Shown here: positions 40,701 through 54,045 of the stretch, in pieces
How positions within the stretch are numbered: the first letter of the stretch is position 1
How the letters are laid out: every line of letters begins with the position of its first letter
DNA from: the human T2T-CHM13v2.0 reference genome, Homo sapiens
Direction: 5' to 3' (one strand)
Length of the DNA: 64,000 nt
NCBI RefSeq assembly: GCF_009914755.1
Contig: NC_060927.1
Made by a program: the position numbers and the translations under genes
The notes under the pieces: generated by a model
The model's database searches: none
The model's input: only the letters and a program-made list of their open reading frames with translations
What the model was told of the DNA's origin: nothing

Positions 40701-41369
40701 TAAAAAAAAAATCACATGCCTGTGGACGTGGACAAGGTAGACAGCATGAATGGGTCTAAAAAAGTCAGTTTTTAGTGAATGAAACCACACATTATTATAG
40801 TGCAATTTTCCCTAAAGTCTATGTAAACATTATTTGCAACTTTATTCAACTTCTTTGAAGAGATAGGTAGACAGACAGACACATAAGCAGATACAGTAGC
40901 AATTTACAGTAGTCTTGCATTGAGGCATTGTAACTAAGCCTCTCATCCTGAGTATTAACTCTCTCATTCCAGCATTCCCTTTCTAATATCGACCCTATTG
41001 CCATTTTCTTCTCCCAGCTTCAGCTGTCCCTCACCCACCTGTGGCCCTTAGGACTCCCAGCATCTCCCATTCTGCATATACCAGTGTCAGGCCCTTTAGG
41101 CAATTCCCACCAGGGCCACCCAGCCTAGATTGCTAACTCATCCCTTGATTCCAAGGTGCCAAGCTCTATCCCAGATCCAATTCACCTGTGTCCCAATTTG
41201 CACATCCCCTGCCCCAAATTGCAAACTACACTATTTACTTTCAAATACTCTAGGGAAACTTGGATTTCAAAGGTATATGTGGGCACACACAATTAAATAC
41301 ATGATGAAAATATCCTTCTTGCAAGATTCAATCTACCATACATACATACATCACTATACAAAATAGCCA

Positions 41370-41560
41370 TTAAGAGTTTAGGAGCCTATCTGCCTAGGTT
41401 CAAAGACTGACTCTGCCACCAACTAGCTGTGAGACTTTGGGCAATTTACTTAAATTCTCTGCTCCTCCATTTCCTTATTTGTACAGTGGGCATAGTAATA
41501 GTTTCTACTTCAAAATGTTATTGCAGTAATTAATTTAATACACATAAAGTGCTTAGAATC
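41370..41560 (+). mobile_element. MIR
   Basis: GGTTCAAA...CTCTGCCAC.AACTAGCTGTG...TTGGGCAA.TTACTTAA. Confidence 0.85.
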
Positions 41561-42983
41561 ACAATTATATATTATTATTGTTTTACTATTATTAATCTTG
41601 AAATTCTTTACATCAACCCAGGAAAGGAGTGGACTTCATTGCTTAATCTGAATTAATTAGTGGTCCGAACACAAGATGGCACCCCAAAATGTGACATATC
41701 TGAGAAATACCCATTCCTGCTAAATAATCCAAGTATTTAATACTCCCAGATAATTTTATACAAAAAGACAATGGTGTTTTCTTAACACAAAATTGGTAAC
41801 ACCAAGTAACGAATATCTCGTTCCTTTGTCTGCCCAGAACCAAACATGCCCAAAAAGCAAGAGGCATCTTGGGTTTATCTCTTGCTCGGTCCTGAAAAGA
41901 GGTGAAGACCAAAGCACTCCCAGCTCCCAAGAAGTTTTGGAAAGGCTTCCTTCCAAAGATCCCCCTCCCCACTCCAATCTGGGGTCAAGAAAGAGGAAGG
42001 GGACAAACTTTTTATGTGCTCACTTTACCCACTGGGAGTCTTGCTCATAATAAGTTTTTCATCCCTCTCACCTCTTGCTCCTGAAGCCCCAGGCTCCTCC
42101 CTGAAAAGGCTGACATGCAGGATTGGATATGGAGCCCAACCACACAAGCACATGGCAGGTTTATTCTGAGTGGCTCTGGGGCACCGTTGAGGGCCAAGCC
42201 ACTTACCCAGGGGGAGCACATAGCAGCTTCATAGGGCAGGTGGGCAAGCTTTTAAAAAGCAGCCATGGCCCATAAGTGTCTGTTTGACCACAAAGGAGCA
42301 CTCACAGATTTTTGAGAGCCTAGAGATATCTACTTATTATTAAATATCCAATTCTTCAGCAGTAGCAAATAACCTCCTATGCAGCCCATTCAAAAGAATC
42401 ATAAAACTTATAAACACCTATCCTGAAGTTGGCAGAGACACTGAATGAATAACCACATCTCTGAAATCACTCCCCTGTATTCTCCCAACAGAAGGTCATG
42501 TACGATGTCAAAACTAGGCCAACAGACTTTGGGGACAATGGTGCTTCCTCTGATGGGTCACCTCAACAACCTTACAGCCTTAGAATCTTTAATTTCTTAA
42601 CTGGAACCCTCATTTGAAAAGTCTGGGCCTTTTCCAGATTCGTTCTAGCATAGTACTTGGCATACAGTAGGTACCTTATAGACCCTCATCAACTTTCTCC
42701 ATTTTTAATCATTAGACCTAACATGGAATTACCTTCACCAATCAGGTGAAAAATAAAAAACAATATTTCTGAGTTCAGCTTCTAAATTTACAATCAGTGA
42801 AGGACTTTACACCTCATCTGACAGCATTTCCCTCATCTTTCACACCTGAGTTCTACTTCTGATTTCTTAAAGAAACATCATAAAGTGTAATAGGTAAAAG
42901 CAATGGTTTCCATGGAAGATGGAGAAAGATGTAAGCCCCAGCCTCTTCCTTGATTCACTGCCTGGCCTTGGGTCAGTTATGGG

Positions 42984-43171
42984 TAGGGTTGTCATATAAA
43001 ACAAGACACCCAGTTAAATTCGGATTTCAGAGAAACAACAAATAATTTTCAGTATAAGTATGTCCCATGATATACTGTATTTTTTCTTGCTAAATATTTT
43101 CTGTATTTTTTTCCTGTATTTTTACTTGCTGTAATATTCCTGTATTTTTTCTTGCTAAATCTGACAACACA
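42984..43171 (+). mobile_element. MER53 (hAT) with rearranged right arm, nested in a MIR
   Basis: TAGGGTTG...CCCAGTTAAATT...CAGTATAAGTATGTCCCATG and TTGCTAAATCTGACAAC end. Confidence 0.8.
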
Positions 43172-43589
43172 ATGGGGGTGGTGGGGAGGGCTGGTGCTCT
43201 CTAAACCTGTAAGCCTAAATATCCTCCCCTGGCAATGGCAGTACCTACCTCAGAGGGCACTGCTGAAGAGTAAATGGGTGGTAGAGGCCAAGGGCCTAGC
43301 CCCAGTGGCTGGAAAAATAAATACTCCATAAATAGAAGCTAATGCAGTAAGTGAATGGCCACTCCAATCACTGGCTTGATATAACTTCATTTAACCAAGT
43401 CTCAATGTTTAAAATGTTCTATACAACCCTCCCCCCACACCCCAACCTCACCAGTCATATAATTCTAAACTGAGATAAACTCGGAGTGAAAACATGGTGC
43501 ATATCTGCCCTTAGGGCTCACAAGTCCAATCAGAAAACCTACTGACGCAAACCTAGGAACCATGTCACTTAATGAAACATTATTATAAA

Positions 43590-43790
43590 AGCTACCATTT
43601 ACCAGACACCACTATGCAAATATTATCTTCCCTAATCTTCATGAAAATTCTGCAAGGAGATATATTAGTATCCACATTTTAAAGGTAAGAAAACTGAGAT
43701 TCAAGTCTGAGAAGATGTCCAAGATCACACGGCTGTGATGAACCAGAATTCAAACCCAAGCTGACTCCAGATTTGGGCCCTTTCCCCTGG
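43590..43790 (-). mobile_element. MIR
   Basis: GTAAGAAAACTGAGATTCA...CCAAGATCACAC...AATTCAAACCCA. Confidence 0.75.
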
Positions 43791-43963
43791 CTCTGTGCTT
43801 TAGGTCCTGGAAACCATGTCTAAAGTTTTAGGCCTGATATCGAAATTCCTCATGTTTTTTTCCCAGCTAGAAAATATTCCCACACAATGCCAGAAGCTGT
43901 TAGTGTCTCTGGCATAGAAACACAGAAATGCTTTAAAAAATAAATAAATAAATAAAAATAGTC

Positions 43964-44276
<313 letters not shown>

Positions 44277-44449
44277 TTAACTTAAAGCATATTCACAGTT
44301 TTCATCACAAAATGGAAAGTAGGGGAAAAGCAAGTATAGGGTGCAGCTTCGCCATTGAGAGCCTCCAGTCACACCCAGCTACCACTTCCTAAGACCTATC
44401 CCACATACAGGTACCTCAATTAAGGGGAGGATCTCACAGGAACTTTCAT

Positions 44450-45060
44450 ACTCTGCTGTTAAGTTGTACATTGAGAGCATAAACTGTAACAAACTTAATG
44501 AAGTCATCAGGCAAGATGCAGCAAGATTTGTAAAAATGGTTATGCTTATTTTAGTCAATAATCATTGCTGCTAGAAAGCTACCATAAGGAAATCATCAGA
44601 AATATAAAAATCTATATAGAAGGAAGTATCCTTTCCTTAACATTTGTTATAATAATTAATAACTCTCAACTGTCTAATTGTCTACCAAAAAGGGAATGAT
44701 TGACTTAAATATACATTCACATTTTGGAATACTGTCTAACCATTAACGATGTCTGTAAGACATTGCAATTACCTGGAGAATGTTTGACATACTAAGTGAA
44801 AAAAGGAGGATACAAACTAACTACTAATTAAAGGAAAAAAGGAGATACAAACTAACTACTAATGTTACTTTAAATACGTAAAATATAGAATATAGACATA
44901 TAGAATAAATCCTATAAAAACATATGAAAAAAATGTTATCAGAGGTTATCCACAGCTATCTCTAGGTGTTTTACTTTCTTCTTTATATGTTACTATATTT
45001 TGATTATTTAGAACCAGCATTTATTTCTTTTATACTCAGAAAAAAATAACATTATTTTTT
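44450..45060 (+). mobile_element. L1ME-like 3' fragment
   Basis: GGAATACTG...CCATTAA and CTAAGTGAAAAAAG motifs. Confidence 0.6.
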
Positions 45061-45149
45061 AAAAGTGTAGCCAGTTTAGTAACACTAAACTTAGAAAAAG
45101 AATATAATCTCTTCCCACTAATATAATATGGAAAACTTGCTTTGAGGCT

Positions 45150-45380
45150 TACTAACATTTATGAAGCACTTTACTATGTTCCAGATACTGTTCCTAGCAT
45201 TGCACATGCCTTATTTAATCCTTACAATGCCCTTTTGAGTAGATTAGGTACAACCATTTCTCTAGTCTCAAATGTGGAACCTGAGGCAAAAAGCACTTAC
45301 ATAACTTCCCCAAGATGGCACAGCAAGTCTGTGATAGACCTGGGCTTTGAATCTCCACAGAATGTCTCTAGAATCAGTGA
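45150..45380 (-). mobile_element. MIR
   Basis: ATTTAATCCTTACAA...CCCAAGATGGCACAGCAAG. Confidence 0.7.
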
Positions 45381-46339
45381 TCTTCACCAGATAAGGTAAT
45401 ACGGAGATCTTGAGTCACTTATTGCCTTCAGTCTCTCTTTTTTTATCTGAATGTCTCACAGAACAATGAACAGAGCAACCAGAGCTTAATTCCTTTTAGG
45501 AAATTTCACTGTGCACTCAACTACAGAGGAAACCCAAAATCATTGCTATAAGTTATATATCAAAATCACCAATGTAGCTATGCAAACACATGAAACCTCA
45601 ACAAGAATTTTCCAATCTACATGCAACCCCAAAGGGCTAGATGCAGGGAAACTCCCAAGTGGATGGTCCAGGAAGATGTTCCCAGGATGAGCAAGCACAT
45701 TTCCTTTCCATAAAATAGGGGGGTTTTTTACTACCACTGAGGCATTGTCCTGTCTGAACCCCTGCTTAGTCTTAAGCTGTTCCAGAGTACTCTGGAGACA
45801 ATGGGCACTAATCTTTCATCAAAATCCCTTGACCACTCAGTCATCCTTACTCAGCTAGCTGTCCTGGGCAATATCTGGTTCTGAAGCAGAGGGTAGCACT
45901 ATCCATTATTTGGCCTGTGCAAATCACAGAAATAAAAAATGAACTAACTGAAGGGTTAGACTTTAGCCTCTGAGTGTCTGCTAATAATCTATGGGACAAA
46001 CTGGAAATATGCTTTCAGTTTTTATTTACAATGGACTCAACTCACTAAAGATGTAGTCAATGCAAACTTTGAGTTAAATGAATGAGAGAAGGTAGAGATC
46101 ATTTATCAATTCAAACAAGCCCAGCATAGTTCATGCCTTTGGCCTATTCATCATCAGTACATTTGAGGAAATTGCTATTATATGAAGCTCAGAAAGCCCC
46201 ATCAGGATTGCTTCAGAAAATTGCTGCAACTTTTATATTAAACCCCAAGGAACAAAATGGAATGCTACTCTGAGTTCATATACAAAGGAAAAGGCACTTC
46301 ACAAACAAAAGTGTATGCAATGTACCTAAATGCTCAATT

Positions 46340-46590
46340 AAGGTAGTAATTACAATCTCATCAATCCTATGTGATGCTTTATAAACTCTACACCTTACGA
46401 AGTCCTCTAGGAACACATACCCCACATGAGCCTGACAGCAACTACAGGAAGGCAGAGAGGCAGAATTATCATTCTGCATTTGCAAAAGAGGAAGCTGAGC
46501 CTCAGCAGCTCCCTATGAATGTGCCCAAGATCACAAAATTAGTCAGTGGAAAAACTGGGCTTTCTAATCCAAACACAGTGCTCTTTCCCC
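46340..46590 (-). mobile_element. MIR
   Basis: GAGGAAGCTGAGCCTCAG...TGCCCAAGATCACA. Confidence 0.65.
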
Positions 46591-49439
46591 ACACCAGGCA
46601 AACATGCTTAAAATATTATTGCCAGCAAGAATTGCTAGACAACAGGATAACAGAGTATAACCAAACACTTAAATTGCAAACCCAGTGTATTACAAAAATT
46701 TTAGCTGAGAAGAGATGAAGACCTGTAGGGGAGCAGGTTTCCATCCAATGCTTGCTGAATAAATGCTGAGAATAGCCTACACAAGTGTTTTACTCAGAGA
46801 GCAGGCTTATTGTGAATGTTTATTCATCACTGGAGAGATATAACTCTATATTCTAATGAGACAGAACATGTCCTATAGATCACACACACTTGTCAAATAA
46901 ACCAGTTTGGATCTCTCCTGCATTAAAAACCTGACATGCATCAGTGGACAGTAATTGCTACACATTTTTAAGCATCTGAATCTCAAAACAAACTGAGTAT
47001 AACCCATATTTAATTTTGCTATGTTCCACAGGACAGAGATGAGCCACTCATTAGCCTGACTGCCTCTTTGAACGCTGCCTGCTTGATGACTTATTGATCT
47101 CCCCTTCGAGACTCTTGGTTTTCATTATTTTTTGAAAGACTTGATTGTTTATTGGTCATGTCACTTTAAATTTTATAGGTTAGCATAAAAATTTGTAGGC
47201 ACATCACTGTCAGCTTGATGAAGATGTCAATATAATTGAAAATAAAATCTCTCATAGACTCAGAACTTGATTTCAACTTGAGCAATCCATGAAAATAACC
47301 AAGACCTCGTGGGCAAGATTTTATACACAGGTGCTATAAGAAACCCAGGAGCTTGCAGCCAGGGAACACTAAAGCACACTGAACTATCTTTGGTAATGAC
47401 TCAGAAAATGTAAAATTCTGATTGACATTTGGGTGCCATGAACTCATATCCAGCTATAAATAAAAGTACCCAGACTTTGTAAATCAGCATCAGCTATTTG
47501 AGCAGCTACCATCAGTGCTGATCAGTGTTAATCATAACATTAACAGAGGAGAATTAACTAGAGATAGGTAGTCACACGGGAATCTCTCATGGTTGTTGAC
47601 AGTGACATATATTAAAACAAATATCTGTCCTGAGGACTGAAGCTTTAATTAAATTCTCAAAACTTACTTAGTCATATATTCAAACTCCCCTACAGTACTT
47701 GGGATGCACTTTCCCCTGAACAGAAGCCCCTTTACCTCCTTCCTTGGGAGGTGGAGCTGGATGACTAGAGTGGAAATGTCCAGAATAAATCCTAAGTGCT
47801 TGTATTCTCCAGCACTCCAGCTAAATGAGGACTGTTTGGTTGTATAATAACCACACTTGGACGTACCTGATATCTTAATACAGGATATTTTATCATGCCT
47901 TAATCTGCCATCTCTGAGTCTAATAAAAGGTAAATGATATTATCTGCCCAGGCATGGCTTGACTTACAGCCAATCAAATAGGGATTACAATACATGCATT
48001 CAAATAGGAGATACGCATGGTCATCATAACGCAAACCCCCTACCCCCTTATCCAGCAATACTGAGCCCTGGGACACTACATATACAGACTGGTCCCATAA
48101 GGAAAGCAAACATAGAGATAACCATAAATTGGGGGAAGCGGGTAGAGAGGAGAAGATGATTCTAGATTATTGAACACAACAGCCACATCTCTGGGAAGTC
48201 TCTTCAGGCCACCCAAACTCAAAGGCCTGACTAAAGAGAGTTCAAACTTCGAGGCTGCCTCAGAACCACCAGGTCACTTCAACCTGAGCAGAATTCAGGG
48301 TTGTTTGCTCTGTACAACCAGAGACTCTCCTGAGAACAGGAAACGGGTCTCCAAGGGAGCGGGATGGCCATAAACTCCTGAAGGACTGGAAGGGGAATGC
48401 CTCCTCTGAAAATCTAACCCTGTAATGTCTGAGGAAGACATTTTATTAAAAAAAAAGATGACCTTTAGAGAAAGGATGCCCTTAAATGGTTGAGGCAGGG
48501 AGACCTCACTCCTCTTTCTAAAAGAAAACCAAGGAAAGAGATTGTACTGGCTCCTCCGGTAACAATTTTCAATACGTTACAGCTCACAGTACTATCATAA
48601 CAGTCTAAATTCCTAAACTAAATTACTCTACAGAAATGAAAAATCAACTCCTTTGTCTCTCCCTTGATGAAAGAGAAAGTAGCTCTTCTCCACAACTTCA
48701 GCAGTACAATTTTACACATACTAATAGTTTTTGCAGTGTCTCCTTACCTCTTTAGCCTTTCTTCTCATATTATTTCCCCCTAACAGTACTGATTTATTAA
48801 TTTTGCATTCTGCCTAAGACAACAGAAAAATAGACACAGAAACAAGGAGGAACATAATGTAAATTCCTTGAGAGCTAGAACAATGAATGTCTTGCTCCCT
48901 GATGTATCTCCAGGGCCTAGAACGGACCAGAAGAGTAGTGAGTACCAGGAAGGCCTGAGCACAGAAGACCCACCCAGATCCAAACTCAGATTCTGGATAG
49001 TTTTCCAATTGTCGGAAGACACTGGGCATAAAGCAAGACTCAGATCCCAAAGGATAACAGAGGGACTCCAAAAGCTGGGAACATGAAGAAAACCAGTTGC
49101 TCAATTGTGAGATACGGTAAGGGTAAGTGAGGGGATGATGGCATGTAGCCTTTTCTCTACAAATCAGGGAGAAGATTAAGGTGGCAGCTACTAATGGACA
49201 GTTCCCTTGGATGAAAATTATCAACTTATTAAAATTTTCCAAATGGCCTTCTGGTTAACACTTCAGCCTAGTGATTTAGGAAGAGAGAGAGCAACTGTGG
49301 TACCAAGGGAAGGCAGAGCTCCTTAGGAGAAAAAGAGAAAGGACAAGTCAATTCCAAATCCAGAAATAATTTAACTCAGTGGAAGAAGAGTTAAGGGGCA
49401 TAAAGTAGTTGGAGACGATGTGACAGTCAACAGATAAGC

Positions 49440-49592
49440 AATCAAAAAGACTTCAATTCAAATCCTGGTTCTACCAGTAACTTAACAATCCAAGCCAAGC
49501 TATTTTAAATCTCTCTAAGCCTCAGTTTCCCCATCCTCAGCAATATCTATAATAACAGATGCAAAAGTTCCTAGCCCAGCATATAAGTGCTT
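49440..49592 (+). mobile_element. MIR
   Basis: TTCAAATCCTGGTTCTACC...CTCTCTAAGCCTCAGTTTCC. Confidence 0.75.
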
Positions 49593-49596
49593 TAAG

Positions 49597-49722
49597 CAGG
49601 ATGAGCTACATAATCTGCTGGCCCTGTATGAAATGAAAACATGGAGACTTTTCCCCCTCAATTATAAAGAATTTCAAAATGGCAACAGCAAAGCATTAAA
49701 CCAAGCACAGGGCCCTTCTAAG
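49597..49722 (+). mobile_element. MER45A-like (hAT-Tip100) fragment
   Basis: GCTACATAAT...AAATGAAAA...AGCATTAAACCAAGCACAGGGCCCTTCTAAG. Confidence 0.7.
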
Positions 49723-52295
49723 TCACAAACACACAAGAGGCTTGGCTCTAACCCTAAGAACTTGGTAGGATTTACAAAAATATTTTTCTCCATGTTTTTT
49801 ACTTTCCTCTCCCAGGTTCATTTCCCTGTAGAGACCAGTTGAAAAAACATCTTTCAGAAACCAAGGACATTAAAGGGACTTATGAATGTTAAATTTACTT
49901 AAGTTGATAATTATACCATGGGGCAAAGGGCCATGAGGTATGCAACTTATTCTCAAATTATTCAGAAAAAATAATCGTGTGTGCGTGCATGCATGCGTGT
50001 GTGTGTATAGAAAGAGAGTGTACAAGTACACAATGATAAAGCAAACTGGATAAAAGTTAACATAACATAAAGTCCCATGTGTGGTTGAGGGGAAGAAGAG
50101 GGAAGGAAGTGCAAAGAGGGGCAAGACTGTAATGTAAGCTCCTTACAGACAGGGGCCATTTGTAGTTTGTCAACTGTAGATCCCCAGCATAGAATCTAAG
50201 TCAATAAATATTTAAAGCATGAAGGCAAAAAGGGAGCAATATCCCTTGTTCAAACTAGCTTGGGGAATAAGGACCCATGGAAGGGACAAATGATTGATTG
50301 TTATGGCAGTGCTTGGGAATCAGCAAGCTGCTCTACTTAGAATGAGACCAAGGAATTTTTGAAGCTGTGGACATGAACACACGGTGTGGCATGGTAGGTA
50401 CCTCACAATGCACCCATATTGCTCAGGGACTCAGTTGTCACCACTTTCTAACAGTTAGGTTAGGTTTAGACCCACCTTCAGCCCATCACTGAACCTTTCC
50501 CAGCCTCAGCATCCTCACTGATCAAAAGTGAGATGTTACTGATTCATCAATCAAATACTTACCAGGCATCTCCCATATGCAAGGCTCTAAAGTCACATTC
50601 CCTATTCTCTAGAGCTCTCATTCTAGAAGGGGTCTCAGAAACTGGTGGCATTAAATATTTTCTTGAGGTCCTTGAAGTCTTTCCCAGTTCTGAAAATTCT
50701 ATACAAAAACTTGGGGCTTTCTATTTAAAAAAATGAACATGAACCTTATAGTATAACCACTCTCTAAAATACTCGCAGTAAATGTATACTCTCCTAAAGG
50801 TGAAAGTGTACTAGAAATGCCCCTTGTTTATTAACTTAAAATAATCTGTACACATAAGGCAATAAAATGCTTGACAGCATATATAATAAAGCCTTCTGTC
50901 AATAGTCAAATTAGTTTTGGCTGCCAAAATTCTTGCTCCTTGATAAGTCACTCAAATAGCAAGAATTTCAAAAATGTAGCAAAGCTCTTTTGCTAGAAAA
51001 GACATTATGGAAGATAGAAATACTTTAAAAGCAATAAATTTATCAATGAGAGAAATAATGCTGAAGTATAGATTAATGATTAGTATTAAAATAAAAACAT
51101 CAAAAGTATTTTAATTTTCTGCTTCAATAGTCCTCCTCATTCATAGTCGACTAGCACAAAAATGGTTTCAAAAGCTAATTTTGTTAAAGACCTTGGAAAA
51201 AAGAAAAAAGAATTGCTCCTTCATGAATACTAAAGATGATAAAATAGGAAACCAATAACATTTTATCACTTTATATAAATTAATCTAATTTAGAAATAAT
51301 TTAGTACTATGATTTATGCAGAACTTGTTCTCTAGCTAAGAGAAAATTTTACATTACTAGTATCAGAAACATGGTGCCTACAGTTGCTAGACATTAAATG
51401 TCTACACTGATTTATATAATTTAGGAGAAATGGTAAGGGATAAGGAAGCAAAAATATAATCAGAGACCAAAATAAGAGACCTATGAGAATATTATTTCCC
51501 AGATGGGTTCTTAGAAGCTCAAGCAAGAGGATATATGTATTAAAAATGGTCTCAACAGGCTGCAAGTTGACATACTGAGACTAAGTATTTGTCTTTAAAA
51601 AATAACCATCCTCCTGTCACTGACTGATATAATTCCCAAGGATCGGAACACTATTATTTTTCTGGCAGATACACAGGGCAACTGCTTTAAAGGGTTAGCT
51701 TCCACAACTAAAGGTCATTCACCTATGGTTTTGCAGAGCAGCAACTCTAAAACCTTTCTCCTAAGAAATGAAAAATGTCTAAACATCCTTTGGATTCACA
51801 GAGTCAACACTACTACCTAGTAAATTACCATACAGTGAAATCCTTACTGGATCTAAATGCTACATGGATTATGTTACATTATTTGTAAAGTTCAGCACCT
51901 GGCTCCCCACAGAGAGTTAATAATCATTTTTACCTATGAAGACACAAAAAGAAGTCAGTTGGATGCCACTAGGCAAGGAGAGCCCTGTCTCATACAGCCC
52001 TGCTGCCATCAATGATGGGAAACCAGGACCTCAGCCCTTTAGCAGCTCCAAAGTGAATACTTCCAGACTTACCTGGCCAACACACAGAGGCCCTGAAATG
52101 CTTTCACATAAAATTCCTTTTATGTCACAATATTCCAATGCCATAAATATCTAGCCATTTTTGATAATCAGAAAATGCAGTGATTTACAAGATTTATCCC
52201 ACAGAAAATCCACTTAGCATTTCATAATACTTAGTTCAGATCATAAAGGCCAGTTGAGTTGGAATGACAGAATACTGGCTTTTAGAATTAACCCC

Positions 52296-54045
52296 CAGGA
52301 GCAAGATGGCAGAACAGAAGCCTACACCATTCATCCCCACTGCTGGGACACCAAATTTTAACAGCTATCTGCACACAGAAAAGCACCATCACAGGAACCA
52401 AAAATAAGGTAACAGCTCAGCCACAGTGGGGTAGAGCAAAAACCAGGTTCTTAGGGTCCCTGAGTCCAGGCCTAGGCTTTTGGACAGCATTTCCAGACCC
52501 GCCCTGGGCCAGAAGGGAGTCCACTGCCTTGAAGGGTGGGTCCCAGGCCTGTCAGCATTCACCACTGCTGATGGAAGAGCCCTTGGACTTTAAGTGAACA
52601 CAGACAGGGGCCTAGCAGAAAGCCCCCATGGACCAGTGGTAGCGGGTGGCCACAGAGAAAGGCTCCTCTGCCTGTGGAAAGGGGAGGGAAGAGCAGGAAG
52701 AACTTTGTATTGTGGCCTGAGTGCCAGCTTAGCCGCTGTAGAATAGAACATCAGGTAAATTGCTAAAGTTTTTTACTTCAATCCCTGGCTCCCAGACAGC
52801 ATCGCTGGACATGCCTGGGGCCGGGGGGGATCTTGCCATCCTGAAGGGAAGGGCCTAGGGCAAGTCCCAGTCAGTGCCATGCTGGCTTCAGGTCTCACCC
52901 AGCACAGTCCCAGTGGTTGTGATTACAGGGGTGCTTGCATCACCACCCTCCCAGCTCCCCAGTGGCTCAGCAAAGAAAAAGAGAGACTCTATATGTTTGG
53001 GAAAAGTAAGGGAAAAAGAACAGGAGTCTGCCTGGTAATCTAGAAAATTCTTCCAGATCTTATCTAAGACCACCAAGGTGATAACTCTACGAGTCTGAAA
53101 AAAACACAGCATTATTGGACTTGGGACCCAAGTCTCTTTTAATACCTGAAAGTCTTTCCAAGAAGAACAGGCACAAACAAGTTTAGACCGTGAAGACTAC
53201 AATAAACACCTAACTCTTCAATGCCCAAACACCAAAGAACATCTACCAGCATCAGCATCATCCAAGAAAACATGACCTTACCAAATAAACTAAATAAGCC
53301 ACCAGGGACCAATTCTGGAGAAACAGAGATATATGACCTTTCACATAGAGAATTCAAAATGGCTGTTTTGAGGAAAAGTCAGAGAAATTCAAGATAACAC
53401 AGAGAAGGAACTCAGAATTCTATCAGATATACTTTAAAAGAAGGTTGAAATAATTAAAAAGAACCAGCAGAAATTCTAGAGTTGAAAAATACAGTTGACG
53501 TGATGAAGAATCTTTTAATAGCAGAATTGATCAAGCAGAAGAAAGGATTAGTGAGCTTAAAGACAGGCTATTTGAAAACACATAGTCAGAGGAGAAAAAC
53601 AGAAAAAAGAATAACAAGCAATGAAGCACACCTATAGGATCTAAAAAATAGCCTCAAAAGGGCAAATCTAAAAGTTATTGGCCTTAAAGAGGAAGTAGAG
53701 AGACAGAAGTAGAAAGTTTATTCAAAGAGATAATATCAGAGAAATTCCTAAACCTAGGAAAAGATATCAACATTCAAGTACAAGAAGGTTAAGGAACACA
53801 AAGCAGATTTAACCCAAATAAGACTATCTCAAAGCATTTAATAATCAAACTCCCAAAGGTCAAGGATGAAGAAAGGATCCTAAAAGCAGCAAGAGAAAAA
53901 AAAGAATAAAAAAAAAAAAAAGAAAAGAACATACAATGCAGCGCCAATACGTCTTGCAGCAGACTTTTCAGTGGGAACCTTACAAGCCAGGAGAGAGTAG
54001 CATGACATATTTAAAGTGTTGACAGAAAAAACTTTTACCTTAGAA
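52296..54045 (+). mobile_element. L1M1/L1MA-type 5'UTR plus most of ORF1, 3'-truncated
   Basis: GGAGCAAGATGGC start, GC-rich UTR, decayed ORF1 (GAAAGGATCCTAAAAGCAGCAAGAGAAAA); flanked by TTAGAATTAAC. Confidence 0.9.
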
